From the NCBI RefSeq assembly GCF_001194135.2, contig NC_068989.1:11232562-11273972 (forward strand): DNA of 41,411 nucleotides, read 5' to 3'. The number at the start of each line of letters is the position of its first letter. Position 1 is the stretch's first letter. This DNA comes from Octopus bimaculoides (taxonomy: Eukaryota). The notes beneath the pieces were generated by a model. It ran no database searches and was not told the origin of the DNA. It saw only the letters and a list, made by a program, of their open reading frames with translations. The position numbers were made by a program, and so were the translations under genes. This document shows, piece after piece, positions 1 to 11,800 of this stretch.

Positions 1-101
1 ATGATGGGGTACTGGAAAGTTAAGGGTATTTTGAAAGGCCTGGTTGGAGGCTCAACCTTCTGAGTTCTTTTACGGGGCTCAGAAAAACTGAAGGACCACT
101 G
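1..101. mobile_element. Right end of a hAT-like MITE
   Basis: Ends in ...AAAACTGAAGGACCACTG, a CAGTGGT-type terminus typical of Charlie/hAT-derived MITEs. It abuts a mariner fragment. Confidence 0.45.
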
Positions 102-216
102 CAAGTAAGTGTATGAATCTGAGAGGGGAACATGTTGAATAAAATCATAATTAACTGATCCTCCTGTATTTTCTTTTATCCAAAGCCAGGTACTTTTCAG
201 CCCCCCCCCCCATCAT
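102..216 (+). mobile_element. Mariner 3' end (C-terminal codons plus right TIR)
   Basis: AAG TGT ATG AAT CTG AGA GGG GAA CAT GTT GAA TAA = KCMNLRGEHVE*, like the mariner C-terminus KC.EL.GDYVE*. Followed by TIR-like AAAGCCAGGTACTTTTCAGCCCCC. Confidence 0.75.
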
Positions 217-263
217 ATAGAAGCCAATATGTGTGACTGACAAAGTGTGTTTTCCACTAGGTG

Positions 264-605
264 CAAGCATAGCTGTGTGGTTAACAAGCTTGCTTTGTAA
301 CCATGTTTGGTACTAGTTCAATCCTACTGTGCAGCACTTTGGGCAAGTTTTTTTTTGTTTTAGTCTCTATATGCCTTGTGAGTGAATTTGATAGACAGAA
401 AAAAATTTGTTTGTCTCCACACCACTTGAAAACCTGTCTTGGTTTGTTTACATCCCCATAACTTGGCATTTTGGCAAAAAGAGACCAATAAGTGTCAGAG
501 TTAAAAATGCATAAGTGCTGGGATTGATTTATTTGCTTAAACCATTCAAGTTGATGCCCCAGCATGGTCACAGTCCAATGACTGAAATGGGTGAAAGATA
601 AATGA
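264..605 (+). mobile_element. SINE family A, degenerate copy
   Basis: Head GCTGTGTGGTTAACAAGCTTGC, core GCACTTTGGGCAAG and tail AGCATGGTCACAGTCCAATGACTGAAA, shared with about 20 other copies in the window. Confidence 0.8.
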
Positions 606-820
606 TTAGGTAATGTATCTAATCAAAAATAATCACATTAGGATGTTTATTAATTAATAATGCATAATGGCAATAGGGTTAAGGTACTGGACTGCTGTCT
701 GGACAGTGCATGGCGTTGTAACTCCTGATGGAGTTGTAGGAACACTGTTGTGATATTTGGGATATATCATTTCAAACTAGGTGGAACACAGCTGATTTCT
801 TCCAGGGAAAATATGAATTA

Positions 821-1192
821 ATTACTTCCGCCTTAGTGATGGTGGAGGTATTGTTTTCAGTTATGTTTGTTTGTTTGTTTGTCCGTGGACAAGATATCTC
901 AAGAACCACTGGATGGATTCAGATGAAACTTTCAGGGATATTTTGCCTCATAACTGGTGTAAACTGATTAGATTTTGGGATGAATCCAATACCGGACAAA
1001 GATTCTGGATTATTTTTCCGGTCTTTTTTACTTGATTATTGAGAGTGGTTGAGTTCATTTTTAGTATTCTCATTTATGAGAGCAGTCGCATTTATTTCAG
1101 ATATTCTCATTTTAAAAATCATCTCTGGCTAATCGTTGAGAGGACATTGGTGTTACCTTGGCAGAGGTTTGCATTCTCTGAGTGCTCTTGTT
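821..1192 (+). mobile_element. DINE-1/HINE-like (Helentron-associated) non-autonomous element
   Basis: 5' subterminal motif ACTTCCGCC with adjacent partial inverted copy GGTGGAGGT; (GTTT)n microsatellite; 3' subterminal inverted motif TTGGCAGAGGT followed by hairpin GCATTC-TCT-GAGTGC; T-rich flank. Confidence 0.6.
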
Positions 1193-1214
1193 TTAATATT
1201 GGACTGGTACTTTA

Positions 1215-1434
1215 GGTGGCGAGCTGGTAGAATTGTTACCACTCTGGGTAAAACGTTTAGTGTCATTTTGTCTGTCTTTATGTTCTGAGTTCAAATGCCA
1301 CCAAAGTCAACTTTGCTTTTTGTTCTTACAAGGTTGATAAAATAAATACCAGTTGAGTACTGGGGTCAATGTAATCAATTTAACCCCTCTCCCCGAAATT
1401 ACTAGCCTTGTGCCAAAATTTGAAACCAATATTA
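1215..1434 (+). mobile_element. SINE family B (tRNA-like head)
   Basis: GGTGGCGAGCTGGTAGAA head, B-box-like GAGTTCAAAT, then GTCAACTTTGCTTTT...AAGGTTGATAAAATAAATACCAG; matches the 35497 copy. Confidence 0.8.
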
Positions 1435-1567
1435 GGCTTGTACTTTATTGACTGACACCTGAAAGGATGAACGGTAAAGTTGACTTCCATAGGATTTGAA
1501 CTCAAAACACCAAGAGCTGGAACAGACACTTCTAGCCCATTCTATCCCGTGCTGTAAAGATTCGACT

Positions 1568-1753
1568 TATTCTTTTACTTGTTTCAGTCATTTGACTGTG
1601 GCCATGCTGGAGCACCGCCTTTAGTCGAGCAAATCGACCCCAGGACTTATTCTTTGTTAGCCTAGTACTTATTCTATCGATCTCTTTTTCCGAACCGCTA
1701 AGTTATGGGGACGTAAACACACCAGCATCAGTTATCAAGCGATGTTGGGAGGA

Positions 1754-1797
<44 letters not shown>

Positions 1798-1975
1798 CAC
1801 ACATATATATACAACGGGCTTCTTTCGGTTTCCATCTACCAAATCCATTCACAATGTTTTGGTCGGCCCGAGGCTATAGTAGAAGACACTTGCCCAAGGT
1901 GCCACGCAGTGGGACTGAACCCGGAACCATATGGTTCGTAAGCAAGCTACTTACCACACAGCCACTCGTATGCCT
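1568..1975 (-). mobile_element. SINE family A, full length with central (CA)n/(TA)n
   Basis: Reverse complement of the family A head and tail, with a central microsatellite. Confidence 0.9.
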
Positions 1976-2614
1976 GATCAGATTGTTATATATGCAAATC
2001 CTTACAACACTGATTGTGTTGAGCCAGGTACATATAATTCTGTGTTTGCTTCAGTTTGTTTGATATAAAAATAAACAAGGGGAAAAGGTAGGAAGCAGGG
2101 GGGGGGGAGGAAAAATGTCTGTTACTTCTTCATAGCTGAGTTGTTAGGTTAGATGAAAAGCATCCACGTGTAAAACCTATTGCTCCAACATCAACAATAC
2201 AATCCTACCTATACAAGTATGGAAATATAGCTTCCCATTGTTTACTGAAAGTGAATATCGATTTCGGTTGACAAGACACAAGACTTGATTTGTTGCTACC
2301 GTTGTTGTTGTTGTTGTTGTTATTGTTGTTATGTTGTTTTTCTAGAGAAGAGGAATAATTGATTAACTTAAATCCAATATATTTACCAGTTGTGATACGA
2401 GAAGATTAAAACAGACCCTGGATGGATCTAAAACTCAGCAGCAGTCAAATAATGCACTCGACCACAGTAAAGAATCCTGTCTCAGTTCCTCCATAGTTCT
2501 TGTCTCTAATCAAAAGGAATGATTCATAATTGTCCACTTCTCTTTTTTAAAATGAATTGAGTTGCTTATTAATTAATACTGCATAATGGCTATGAGATTA
2601 ATACAGTCATAGAT

Positions 2615-2995
2615 ACAAGCATGGCTGTGTGGTTGAGAAGCTTACTTTGAAGCCATGTGGTTTTGGGTTCATTCCCATTGTACAGCAAGTTTTTTTCTTT
2701 TCTACTCTAAGCACAAGGCCTGAAATTTTGGGGTAGGGGGCCAGTTTATTAGATCGACCCCAGTATGCAACTGGTACTTAATTTATCAACCTCGAAAGGA
2801 TGAAAGGCAAAGTCGACCTCAGTGGAATTTGAACTCAGAACGTAGCGGCAGACGAAATACTGCTAAGCATTTCGTCTGGCGTGCTAACGTTTCTGCCAGC
2901 TCGCCGCCTTACAGCAAGTTTTTCCTACTAAAACTCTGGGTCGACCAATGCCTTGTGAGTGAATTTGGCAGATGAAAACTGTGTGGAAGCCTATC
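2615..2995 (+). mobile_element. SINE family A 5' half interrupted by a SINE B
   Basis: Head at 2615; the sequence resumes at 2910 after the insertion. Confidence 0.8.
2695..2909 (-). mobile_element. SINE family B with 14-bp target-site duplication
   Basis: Near-intact B copy flanked by TACAGCAAGTTTTT at 2681-2694 and 2910-2923. Confidence 0.9.
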
Positions 2996-3271
2996 ATTAT
3001 ATATTTATATATCTATCATCATCATCATCATCGTTTAACATTCGTCTTCCATTCTGGCATGGGCGGGACTATATATTCTTTTATTTGTTTCGATGTTTCT
3101 TTGGCTTGTATATTATGACAATACTGTTAATATATTCAATGAAATGTCTGTTTTTATGTTTCCATTTAGTATCAGTTTTTCATAGATCAAATATCTTAAA
3201 TTATATGGAAGAATCTGTTTTTTTTCTTCTCTTTTTCATTCTTTTGGTGTTAGGCAACTCATATATCTTAC

Positions 3272-3313
3272 ATGATAACTGTTAATCAGATGAGAATACA
3301 CTTCAAGATATTG
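3272..3313 (-). CDS. Candidate 42-bp exon (QYLEVYSHLINSYH), unidentified
   Basis: Minus-strand acceptor ttcctcccatccccag and donor gtaaga; open in phase 0-0. Splice signals only, no homology recognised. Confidence 0.15.
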
Positions 3314-3627
3314 CTGGGGATGGGAGGAATGTGCTTCTCAGGCTGCATTATGCATATTGTGTGCGTGCGTGTGTGTGTGTGTCTCTTTGTGTTTGTGTTT
3401 GTCCCTCACCGCTGCTTGACAACCAGTGTTGGTTTGTTTATGTCACTGTAACTTAGTAGCAGTTTGGCATAAGAGAACAATAGAATAAGTACCAGGAAGC
3501 CACACTGGGGCATTGCCTTGAAGGGTTTAGTCAAACAAATTGACCCCCAGCACTTGTTTTTAAGTTGATACTTATTCCCCAGTTACAGGGATGTAAACAA
3601 ACTAACATCAGTTGTCAAAATACAATA

Positions 3628-3721
3628 GGACTTTCTTAAACATTGAATGGCTATAGGGGTCCACCCGAATGAAACAGGAACCAGAGGGGTCCATAGGAAA
3701 AAAAGTGGTTGAGAACCACTG
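3628..3721. mobile_element. hAT-like MITE end
   Basis: Terminates in GGTTGAGAACCACTG (reverse complement CAGTGGTTCTCAACC), a common hAT-MITE TIR. Confidence 0.55.
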
Positions 3722-4450
3722 GCATATTGCCTCTGTTTTGCTTCAGTGAAATTGAACAAGGTGGATATAGCCAGTTCATGTAGTTTAATTTCCTGGGAGT
3801 TATAAAAATGATTGAGAAATGTTTCTACTTGTTGCAGAGTGGTGAGTGGAACTTGGCGGCGGTGGTGGTGGTGGTGGTGGGGTTGCAGATATGAGTTGAT
3901 GGATGGAAGGGTTATGCTGAGATCAAATGGAAGGTGATTTAGATTCATTGATGTGAAAGAAACAGGAAAGAAATCCACTCTATGGTTTAAACATAGTGAC
4001 AAAAAAAAAAAAAAGAAAAGAAAAAAAGAGTGTTCTGAGAAAACAAAATAAACTGGAATCTGCATGTTTTTTTTTTTATGGTTCCCAAGGGAATTAAAGG
4101 AACAATAGTAAAGTAAAGGAGTTGCAACTGGGGATTGAAAACCAGTTCATGGACCTCACTTNNNNNNNNNNNNNNNNNNNNNNNNNNNNNNNNNNNNNNN
4201 NNNNNNNNNNNNNNNNNNNNNNNNNNNNNNNNNNNNNNNNNNNNNNNNNNNNNNNNNNNNNNNNNNNNNNNNNNNNNNNNNNNNNNNNNNNNNNNNNNNN
4301 NNNNNNNNNNNNNNNNNNNNNNNNNNNNNNNNNNNNNNNNNNNNNNNNNNNNNNNNNNNNNNNNNNNNNNNNNNNNNNNNNNNNNNNNNNNNNNNNNNNN
4401 NNNNNNNNNNNNNNNNNNNNNNNNNNNNNNNNNNNNNNNNNNNNNNNNNN

Positions 4451-4483
<33 letters not shown>

Positions 4484-4710
4484 GTATGTATGTGTGTTTG
4501 TGTGTCTGTGTTTGTCCCCCCCACTATCGCTTGACAACTGGTGCTGGTGTGTTTATGTCCCCGTAACTTAGCGGTTCGGCAAAAAGAGACCAATAGAATA
4601 AGTACTAGGATTACAAAGAATAAGTCTTGGGGTTGATTTGCTCGACTAAAGGCGGTGCTCCAGCATGGCCGCAGTCAAATGACTGAAACAAGTAAAAGAG
4701 TAAAGAGTAT
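4451..4710 (+). mobile_element. SINE family A 3' half (5' half probably in the gap)
   Basis: (TA)n(TG)n then TCTGTGTTTGTCCCCCC...GGCGGTGCTCCAGCATGGCCGCAGTCAAATGACTGAAACAAGTAAAAGAG. Confidence 0.9.
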
Positions 4711-4991
4711 ATACCTTAAAATATGTGTTTCAGGTTATGGAACTAAAATTTAGTGCTTCGTTAATTAATGAATACTGAGACTCGACAACAACAACAGCAA
4801 CAACAACAATGAAACTAATCAGAAATAACTGGATAAGGTTAACCCTTTTGATACTCACCTGCCCAAAATTGCAGTTTTATATACATAGAATGCATCAGCA
4901 AAGAAGCTTTCTACATGGCCATCCCATATGTTAGAAATAACAGTGAGTGGATTTTAATAGCTGGAAACTGAAAGAAGTTCATTGTATGTAC

Positions 4992-5375
4992 ATGTGGCTG
5001 TGTGGTAAGAAGCTTGCTTCCCACCCACATAGTTCTGGGTTCAGTTCCACTGCATGACACCTTGGGCAACTGTCTTCTACTATAGCCTCAGGCCGACCAA
5101 AGCCTTGTGAGTGGATTTGGTAGATGGAAACTGAAGCCCGTCATATATATATATATATATATATGTGTGTGTTTGTGTGTCTGTGTTTGTCCCCCGACCA
5201 TCGCTTGACAACCGATGCTGGTGTGTTTACGTCCCCCGTAACTTAGCAGTTCAGTGAAAGGGACCAATAGAATAAGTACTAGGTTTACAAAGAATAAGCC
5301 CTCAGGTTGATTTGTTTGACTAAAGGCGGTGCTCCAGCATGGCCGCAATCAAATGACTGAAACAAGTAAAAGAAT
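4992..5375 (+). mobile_element. SINE family A, full length
   Basis: Head, central microsatellite and tail present. Lies between TTAACCC-type MITE pieces (4838-4950, 5380-5536). Confidence 0.9.
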
Positions 5376-6609
5376 ATATATATATATATAAACTTTGCTT
5401 CAAAATTTCATGTCAAATTAAGTTATAAGCACCAGTTTAATAATGACAGTTATTTTAATAATTGTTTCATTATTTTCAAAATTATTTGAAATAAAAGCAG
5501 AATATTTTCAACAAAGATATAGTAAAAAATGGTTTGAGTGTAGTTCGAGCTGAACAAAAGGCTATGGGCATGTTCTTTGCTCCTCGTACTAACAATTAAG
5601 TATAGAATAGGAAAATCTCTCAGTTAAAGCTAGAAAATGGCTTTGCTGAAAAGCCTGTTTCCTCCTTTGTTTGTCTACTTTATCAGAATATGTTCTGTTT
5701 TCCTTTTTGGTTAAGTGTTTGTTTGGACGATCTCTCAACTACATCTCTGCTCTGCTCTGGGACTCACATTAATAACTGTGAAGCTTGCCTCATTTTATTC
5801 TAATCTTTGGTTCCACATTGGTCTGCTGGTTCCTGTTGTTTTGTTATGTTCCACTGTCCAGCACTACTGCTTCCGTTAGCTAGCTCCTCACCTCACCTCT
5901 ACACTTCACAACCTCACACCATTTGTCTTTTAAAGACTGTTTCTGCCATTATGGTTACTTGTAGCAATACTTATTGGTGCTTATGGCACTCAAATTGTGT
6001 TAGAATTTGTAAAGGAGAAACTGGTGCTTGTATCATATTAGCATTTATATAAATATATAAATATATAAATATATAAATGTATATATTTATTTTTTTATTT
6101 CTTTAATATCCTGTTTGTAAAAACAATTGTTTCTTCATTGTAATTCCACTAAGTGCCAGGATTTGGAACATGTTTTCCAGTTCTGCTTATTGGACTTGTT
6201 ACGCTATGTCTGCTAGTTAGGATGATAAAAATATATATATATACATACATATATATATAAAAGAGAGAAAGAAAACAGAAAATATCCTAAATATACTCTA
6301 TATCGTTAATGAATCCACGATGGAAATCTACCATTCTAAGGTCGGTATTTGCATGTTATTAATGATTTTTCGCTGTTGCCATCTTCCAAAGCTGGAACTT
6401 TTTTAGCTATAGATTTTTCTCTATAGAATTTCATTAAAAGTATCAGAATTTTTTTTTTTTTTTTTCCCCTCTTCATAATTTAAGTTTTCCTATTAAAATA
6501 GATCAAAAGATTAAATTCTTGAAAATACTTAAATCAGAGCCGGGAAATTGAATATTCTAAGATAAATCTAAAACTCTACATAAAATCATGAAAAATGTTA
6601 GTCTTTCTT

Positions 6610-6618
6610 TTTATTATT

Positions 6619-6665
<47 letters not shown>

Positions 6666-6893
6666 ATTTTGTCTTTATATCTTCTTTACGAAAAAAATAA
6701 AAACTAATTGCATTTTATTTTGCTGATTTTTAAAAATGATGCTGGTGGTGGTGATGATGAAGATGGCGATGGTGGTGACGGCAACATTGATGATTGTGGT
6801 GATGATGGTGATGATGATGGTGGTATAGTAATGATTGTGATAATCATAGTGATGGTGGTTGTGTGATGGTGATGATGATAGTGGTGGTGATGA

Positions 6894-6924
<31 letters not shown>

Positions 6925-6925
6925 G
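6610..6925. repeat. (TTA)n and (GAT/GGT)n trinucleotide tracts
   Basis: Directly visible; source of the His-rich pseudo-ORF 6704-6982. Confidence 0.9.
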
Positions 6926-7767
6926 ATGATATTTTATTATTGTTGTTGTTACTGTAATTCTTTGTCTTATTGATGATACCAAAAAGTTGAGGGCTCTAAT
7001 GGAAGTAATTTATCTGATTCAAAGAAAGTATATTTAATTGAAATAAAAAATCTTTTTTTCTTTCTTTCTCCATAATCTATAGTTTGAAAGATCTTTTGAA
7101 AACAATTTTTGTTAAATTATATTGTTGCTATAATTGTTAGTATAAAGTTTTGCAATGGCTAATGTTATTAAAACAGTTCCTTTTAAAAGAATATTTCAGA
7201 AAAAGTAACCTGTTTGTAGGTTACGAATAATCTTCATTTATCTTCAATCGTTCATGTGTGTGTGTGTGTCGTGCATATATANNNNNNNNNNCAGCTGGAA
7301 AGCGAGTACATATGTCTTATATATAGCCGCTTTCAATTATATAGTTTTGATTCTTAACATTTACTTGCACTAAAAAAATAAGTACCAAGAGTTTCCCTGA
7401 CATATATATACATATATATATAAATATATATATGTGTGTATATGTATATGTATGTGTGTGTGTGTGTGTTTACTTAAATCAAAATAATACTGGTAAAAAA
7501 ATACCCAAAAAACTGCTTGTATAAAAGCAACTTTTCACTGTTTTCATTTTCTATATTTATGCTAAAGTAGTTTTGATAACATCAAAACAAATGGCGATAA
7601 ACTCCAAAGCAAAACCAAACCATGTTATATTCCTATTTATCTGTGTAACTTATTTAGTTGTGATTTGATTTCTTAGAATCAACTCACACTTTATCAAATC
7701 TTCACTTTTCTTTAGTAGATTCATAGCATTCGGTTTAAATAGTGGTGCTGTGCGATGTTTTTTGTTT

Positions 7768-7799
<32 letters not shown>

Positions 7800-7905
7800 C
7801 TCTTTCAATTTTGTAATGATTGTAGGGAAACTATTTATAAATATATTATCCACAAATTTTAAATAAATCAGTGAAAAACAACACAGCTAGATTTCAATAA
7901 TAATG

Positions 7906-7955
<50 letters not shown>

Positions 7956-8244
7956 NNNNNNNNNNNNNNNNNNNNNNNNNNNNNNNNNNNNNNNNNNNNN
8001 NNNNNNNNNNNNNNNNNNNNNNNNNNNNNNNNNNNNNNNNNNNNNNNNNNNNNNNNNNNNNNNNNNNNNNNNNNNNNNNNNNNNNNNNNNNNNNNNNNNN
8101 NNNNNNNNNNNNNNNNNNNNNNNNNNNNNNNNNNNNNNNNNNNNNNNNNNNNNNNNNNNNNNNNNNNNNNNNNNNNNNNNNNNNNNNNNNNNNNNNNNNN
8201 NNNNNNNNNNNNNNNNNNNNNNNNNNNNNNNNNNNNNNNNNNNN

Positions 8245-8472
8245 CGGGTGGCACATAAAAGACACCATTTCGAGCGTGGCCGTTTTCGTGCGGGTGACAC
8301 GTAAAAGCACCCACTACACTCTCTGAGTGGTTGGCGTTAGGAAGGGCATCCAGCTGTAGAAACTCTGCCAAATCAGACTGGAGCCTGGTGTTGCCATCCG
8401 GTTTCACCAGTCCTCAGTCAAATCGTCCAACCCATGCTAGCATGGAAAGCGGACGTTAAACGATGATGATGA
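8245..8472 (+). mobile_element. SINE family C 3' part with (GAT)n tail
   Basis: GCACCCACTACACTCTCTGAGTGGTTGGCGTTAGGAAGGGCATCCAGCTGTAGAAACTCTGCC...GGACGTTAAACGATGATGAT; RTE-like tail. Also present at 9255 and 22800. Confidence 0.85.
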
Positions 8473-8477
8473 TATAT

Positions 8478-8830
8478 ATATATATATTCTTTTATTTGTT
8501 TCAGTCATTTGACTGCGACCGTGCTGGAACGCCACCTTGAATCGAACAAATCGACCTCAGGACTTATTCTTTGTAAGCCTAGTTCTTATTCTATCAGTCT
8601 CTTTTTGCCGAACCGCTAAGTTATGAGGATGTAAACACACTAGCATCGGTTGTCAAGTGATGGTGAGGGGACAAACACAGACATGCAAACATACACACAC
8701 ATACGACAGGCTTCCTTCAGTTTCTGTCTACGAAATTCACTCACAAGGCTTTTGGTTGGCCTGAGGTGCCACACAGTAGGACTGAACCCGGAACCATGTG
8801 GTTGGTAAACAAGCTAGTTACCACACAATC
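8478..8830 (-). mobile_element. SINE family A
   Basis: Reverse complement of the family A tail and head. Confidence 0.85.
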
Positions 8831-8937
8831 TGAAAAGTATAGTATTAAATATCCTTCATGGCTGCGGATAATATACCTATTCTATTGACAGATATACGAG
8901 TGCATCTTTTTCCCGACTTATGGTCTCTTAGACGACT

Positions 8938-9060
<123 letters not shown>

Positions 9061-9254
9061 AAACTCTTCGAAACGCTTAGTATTAGAATGGTGGCAGCTG
9101 ATGAAGGAAATGTTCTCTATGTGGCCTGTGTGTTTTCTGTACTCTGTTTATCATTTTGTCCACGTTTTTTTGTAACATCCTGTACCCAATATGCATCTAT
9201 ATATACAGGTAGATGTAGGTATGTACATACATGTATGTATATATGCATATACTC

Positions 9255-9610
9255 ACATCATCATCATTGTTTAACGTCTGCTTTCTATGCTAGCATGGGT
9301 TGGACAATTTGACTGAGGACTGGTGGAGCTCGAAGGCTACACCAGGCTCCAATCTGATTTGGCAGAGTTTCTACAGCTGGATGCCCTTCCTAACGCCAAC
9401 CACTCTGAGAGTGTAGTGGGTGCTTTTACGTGCCACCGGCACGAAGGCCAGTCAGGCGATACTGGCAACGGCCACGCTCAAAGTGGTGTATTTTATGTGC
9501 CACCTGCACAAGAGCCAGTCCAGGGGGCACTGGCAACGATCTCGCTTAAAAGTCCTTACACATGCTGCGGGCACAAGTGCCAGAAAGGCGATGCTGGGCA
9601 CAGGTGCCAC
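9255..9610 (-). mobile_element. SINE family C
   Basis: CATCATCATCATTGTTTAACGTCTGCTTTCTATGCTAGCATGGG...; reverse complement of the 8245 and 22800 copies. Confidence 0.85.
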
Positions 9611-9643
9611 ATATTATTTGTATTATTATATATATATATATAT

Positions 9644-9677
<34 letters not shown>

Positions 9678-9680
9678 GAT

Positions 9681-10190
9681 AGGTTATTAAATGAGGTGAA
9701 AGTAAGAGAGAATAATTTAGCTGTTGGTTGGCTCGGTTATAGGAAGGCTTATGACAATGTTACACACAACTGATTCTTGAAGTGCCCAAGGATGCTTGGA
9801 ATGGATGAGAAGATAAACTACTTTTTGGGGAAAAAGCAGTGAGAGTGTAGGAAGTAGAACTGGCATGTGGAAATGAATCGCTAGGAAGCACAACAGTATG
9901 TAGGAGCATTTGCCAGGGAGACTCGCATTCTAAGCTACTCTTCATCGTTGAGTTAATCCCTCTGACAAGTATACTGAGAAAATATAGGACTGCCTATGAG
10001 TTTACCAAAACCAAGATAAGAATAAGTCAGCTGCTTTGTATGGATCAACTGTATTAAAAACATGAAAAAAGACCCTGATTCTTTGACCCAAACAGGAAGA
10101 GTATTTGGTAAAATGATATTGGAATGAAGTTTGTAGTAGATAAGTACTCAGTGCTGTTGATGAAGAGAGGCTGGAAGATAACTGATGCTT
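9681..10190 (+). mobile_element. Decayed reverse-transcriptase fragment of an R4/Dong-type (RLE) non-LTR retrotransposon
   Basis: Manual translation: NNLAVGWLGYRKAYDNVTHN*FLKC (cf. AWIDYKKAYDSVPHSW), RSICQGDSHSKLLFIVELIPLTSILRK (cf. RGIFQGDSLSPLLF), ISQLLCMDQLY (cf. HLLYMDDLKLY), DIGMKFVVDKYSVLLMKRG. Contains stops and frameshifts. Confidence 0.8.
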
Positions 10191-10594
10191 CTCTAGTTTT
10201 TCTCTTTATTGAAACTGTTTCCTATTGTGCTATGCAAAGTAAATAAAAAAAAAAAAGAAGTTTCAATAGCATTAGAGGTCCCTTGTGTGATTGAGCAAAA
10301 GTGAAGTGAAATGGAGTGCATTTCTCTTTTATGTCTGTTGGAAGATGCCACATCCTTTTACAAGTCATGAATAAATGGTTGTGTGTGTTTGTGTGAGAGA
10401 AAGAGAAAGATTTGGTGGGTCTAATTCTTTCAATGGAAAAATTATTTTCAGAAAATCAAATAACACTATGATGTAAATTTCATAGTTCATATCTATATCT
10501 ATCCATCCATCTAGGTAGATAGATAGATAGATAGATAGATAATCACAAAAACTTCTCAGCTGTATAAAGCTTATGTGCAGTGGATATATTTATG

Positions 10595-10748
10595 GATGGC
10601 ATGACTGTGTGGTAAGAAGCCTGCTTCTTACCACAGAGTCTGGGTTCAGTCCCACTGCATGGCACCTCGGGCAAGTGTCTTTTACTATCGCCTCAGGCTG
10701 ACCAAATCTTTGTAAGAGGATTTGGTAGACGGAAATTGAAAAGAAACC

Positions 10749-10804
<56 letters not shown>

Positions 10805-11010
10805 ATATGTTTGTGTTTCTGTGTTTGTCCCCCCAGCATCGCTTGACAGCCGATGGTGTTGTGTTTACGTCCTCGTAACTTAGCAGTTCAGCATAAAGAG
10901 ACCGATAGAATAAGTACTAGGCTTACAAAGAATAAGTCCTGGGGTCGATTTATTCGACTAAAAGCAATGCTCCAGCGTCGCCGCAGTCAAATGACTGTAT
11001 CAAGTAGAAG
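10595..11010 (+). mobile_element. SINE family A, full length
   Basis: Head, (TA)n/(TG)n and tail present. Confidence 0.9.
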
Positions 11011-11029
11011 AATATATATGCACCTACAA

Positions 11030-11190
11030 CAATCTTCTTTCTGCTTCTGTCTACCAAATCCACTCACAAGGCTCTGGTTGGTCCGAGTCTATAGTAGAAG
11101 ACATCTATCTGCCCAAGGTACCATGCTGTGGGACTGAACCTGAAACCATGTGGTTGGAAGGCAAGCTTCTTACCACACAGCCATGCCTGT
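11030..11190 (-). mobile_element. SINE family A 5' half
   Basis: CTACCAAATCCACTCACAAGG...TTACCACACAGCCATGCC. Confidence 0.85.
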
Positions 11191-11252
11191 GTACTCCTCT
11201 GCAAAAAAAAAAAAAATGCGTGCAAAAAAAGTCACTTGGTATTCTTCCATAG

Positions 11253-11341
11253 GAATATATACCTGACAGTCGCTGTGTGTCAGCGGGGTCACTACGGTTT
11301 AGATGTCGACCGACCCAGTGATGCAAGGAAGAAAATTAAAG
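11253..11341 (+). CDS. Candidate 89-bp exon (NIYLTVAVCQRGHYGLDVDRPSDARKKIK), unidentified
   Basis: Acceptor ttcttccatag and donor AAG|gttatg; one open frame (phase 2 to 1); GC/CpG-rich relative to flanks. No homology recognised. Confidence 0.3.
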
Positions 11342-11766
11342 GTTATGGCAGCTAAGACTTATTGTTCAGTTTGGGTTTTTCCATCTAAGTTATACATCAC
11401 TTGGTGTCGGCTTTTTTCCTTTCCCCCCACTCTGTCTTTCTCTCATTCAGTTAAGTTTACAGTCTTACTATCCAATGTCTGTGTTTATATGTAATACGTA
11501 GAGATGCAATAATATCACATTTATATTAAAGAAATAAAACACCAAATTGAAATTTTTTTAATTTATTTTTCCGCCACCACACACAATACAAAAAGTAGAT
11601 TTTGTTTCTCAATTGAATGTCTTCGTGTTTTAGTGGCTAAAGAACATGGTCTGTTTTCTTAACATAATGGAGCAAATAGCTATTAAGGTAGAAAAAGATG
11701 AAACACTTTTTATAGGCAATTTAAGATCATTAGGTCCAAATGTTTAAGTTATTGATGTTTCATATT

Positions 11767-11800
<34 letters not shown>

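Noticed and set aside
4838-4870. Perfect minus-strand donor CAG|gtgagt
   Set aside because: Lies within a TTAACCC-type MITE start; no matching acceptor or open exon.
5935-6215. Two short hydrophobic frames (LFLPLWLLVAILIGAYG; VPGFGTCFPVLLIGLVTL)
   Set aside because: Expected from T-rich DNA; splice donors are weak and no family is recognised.
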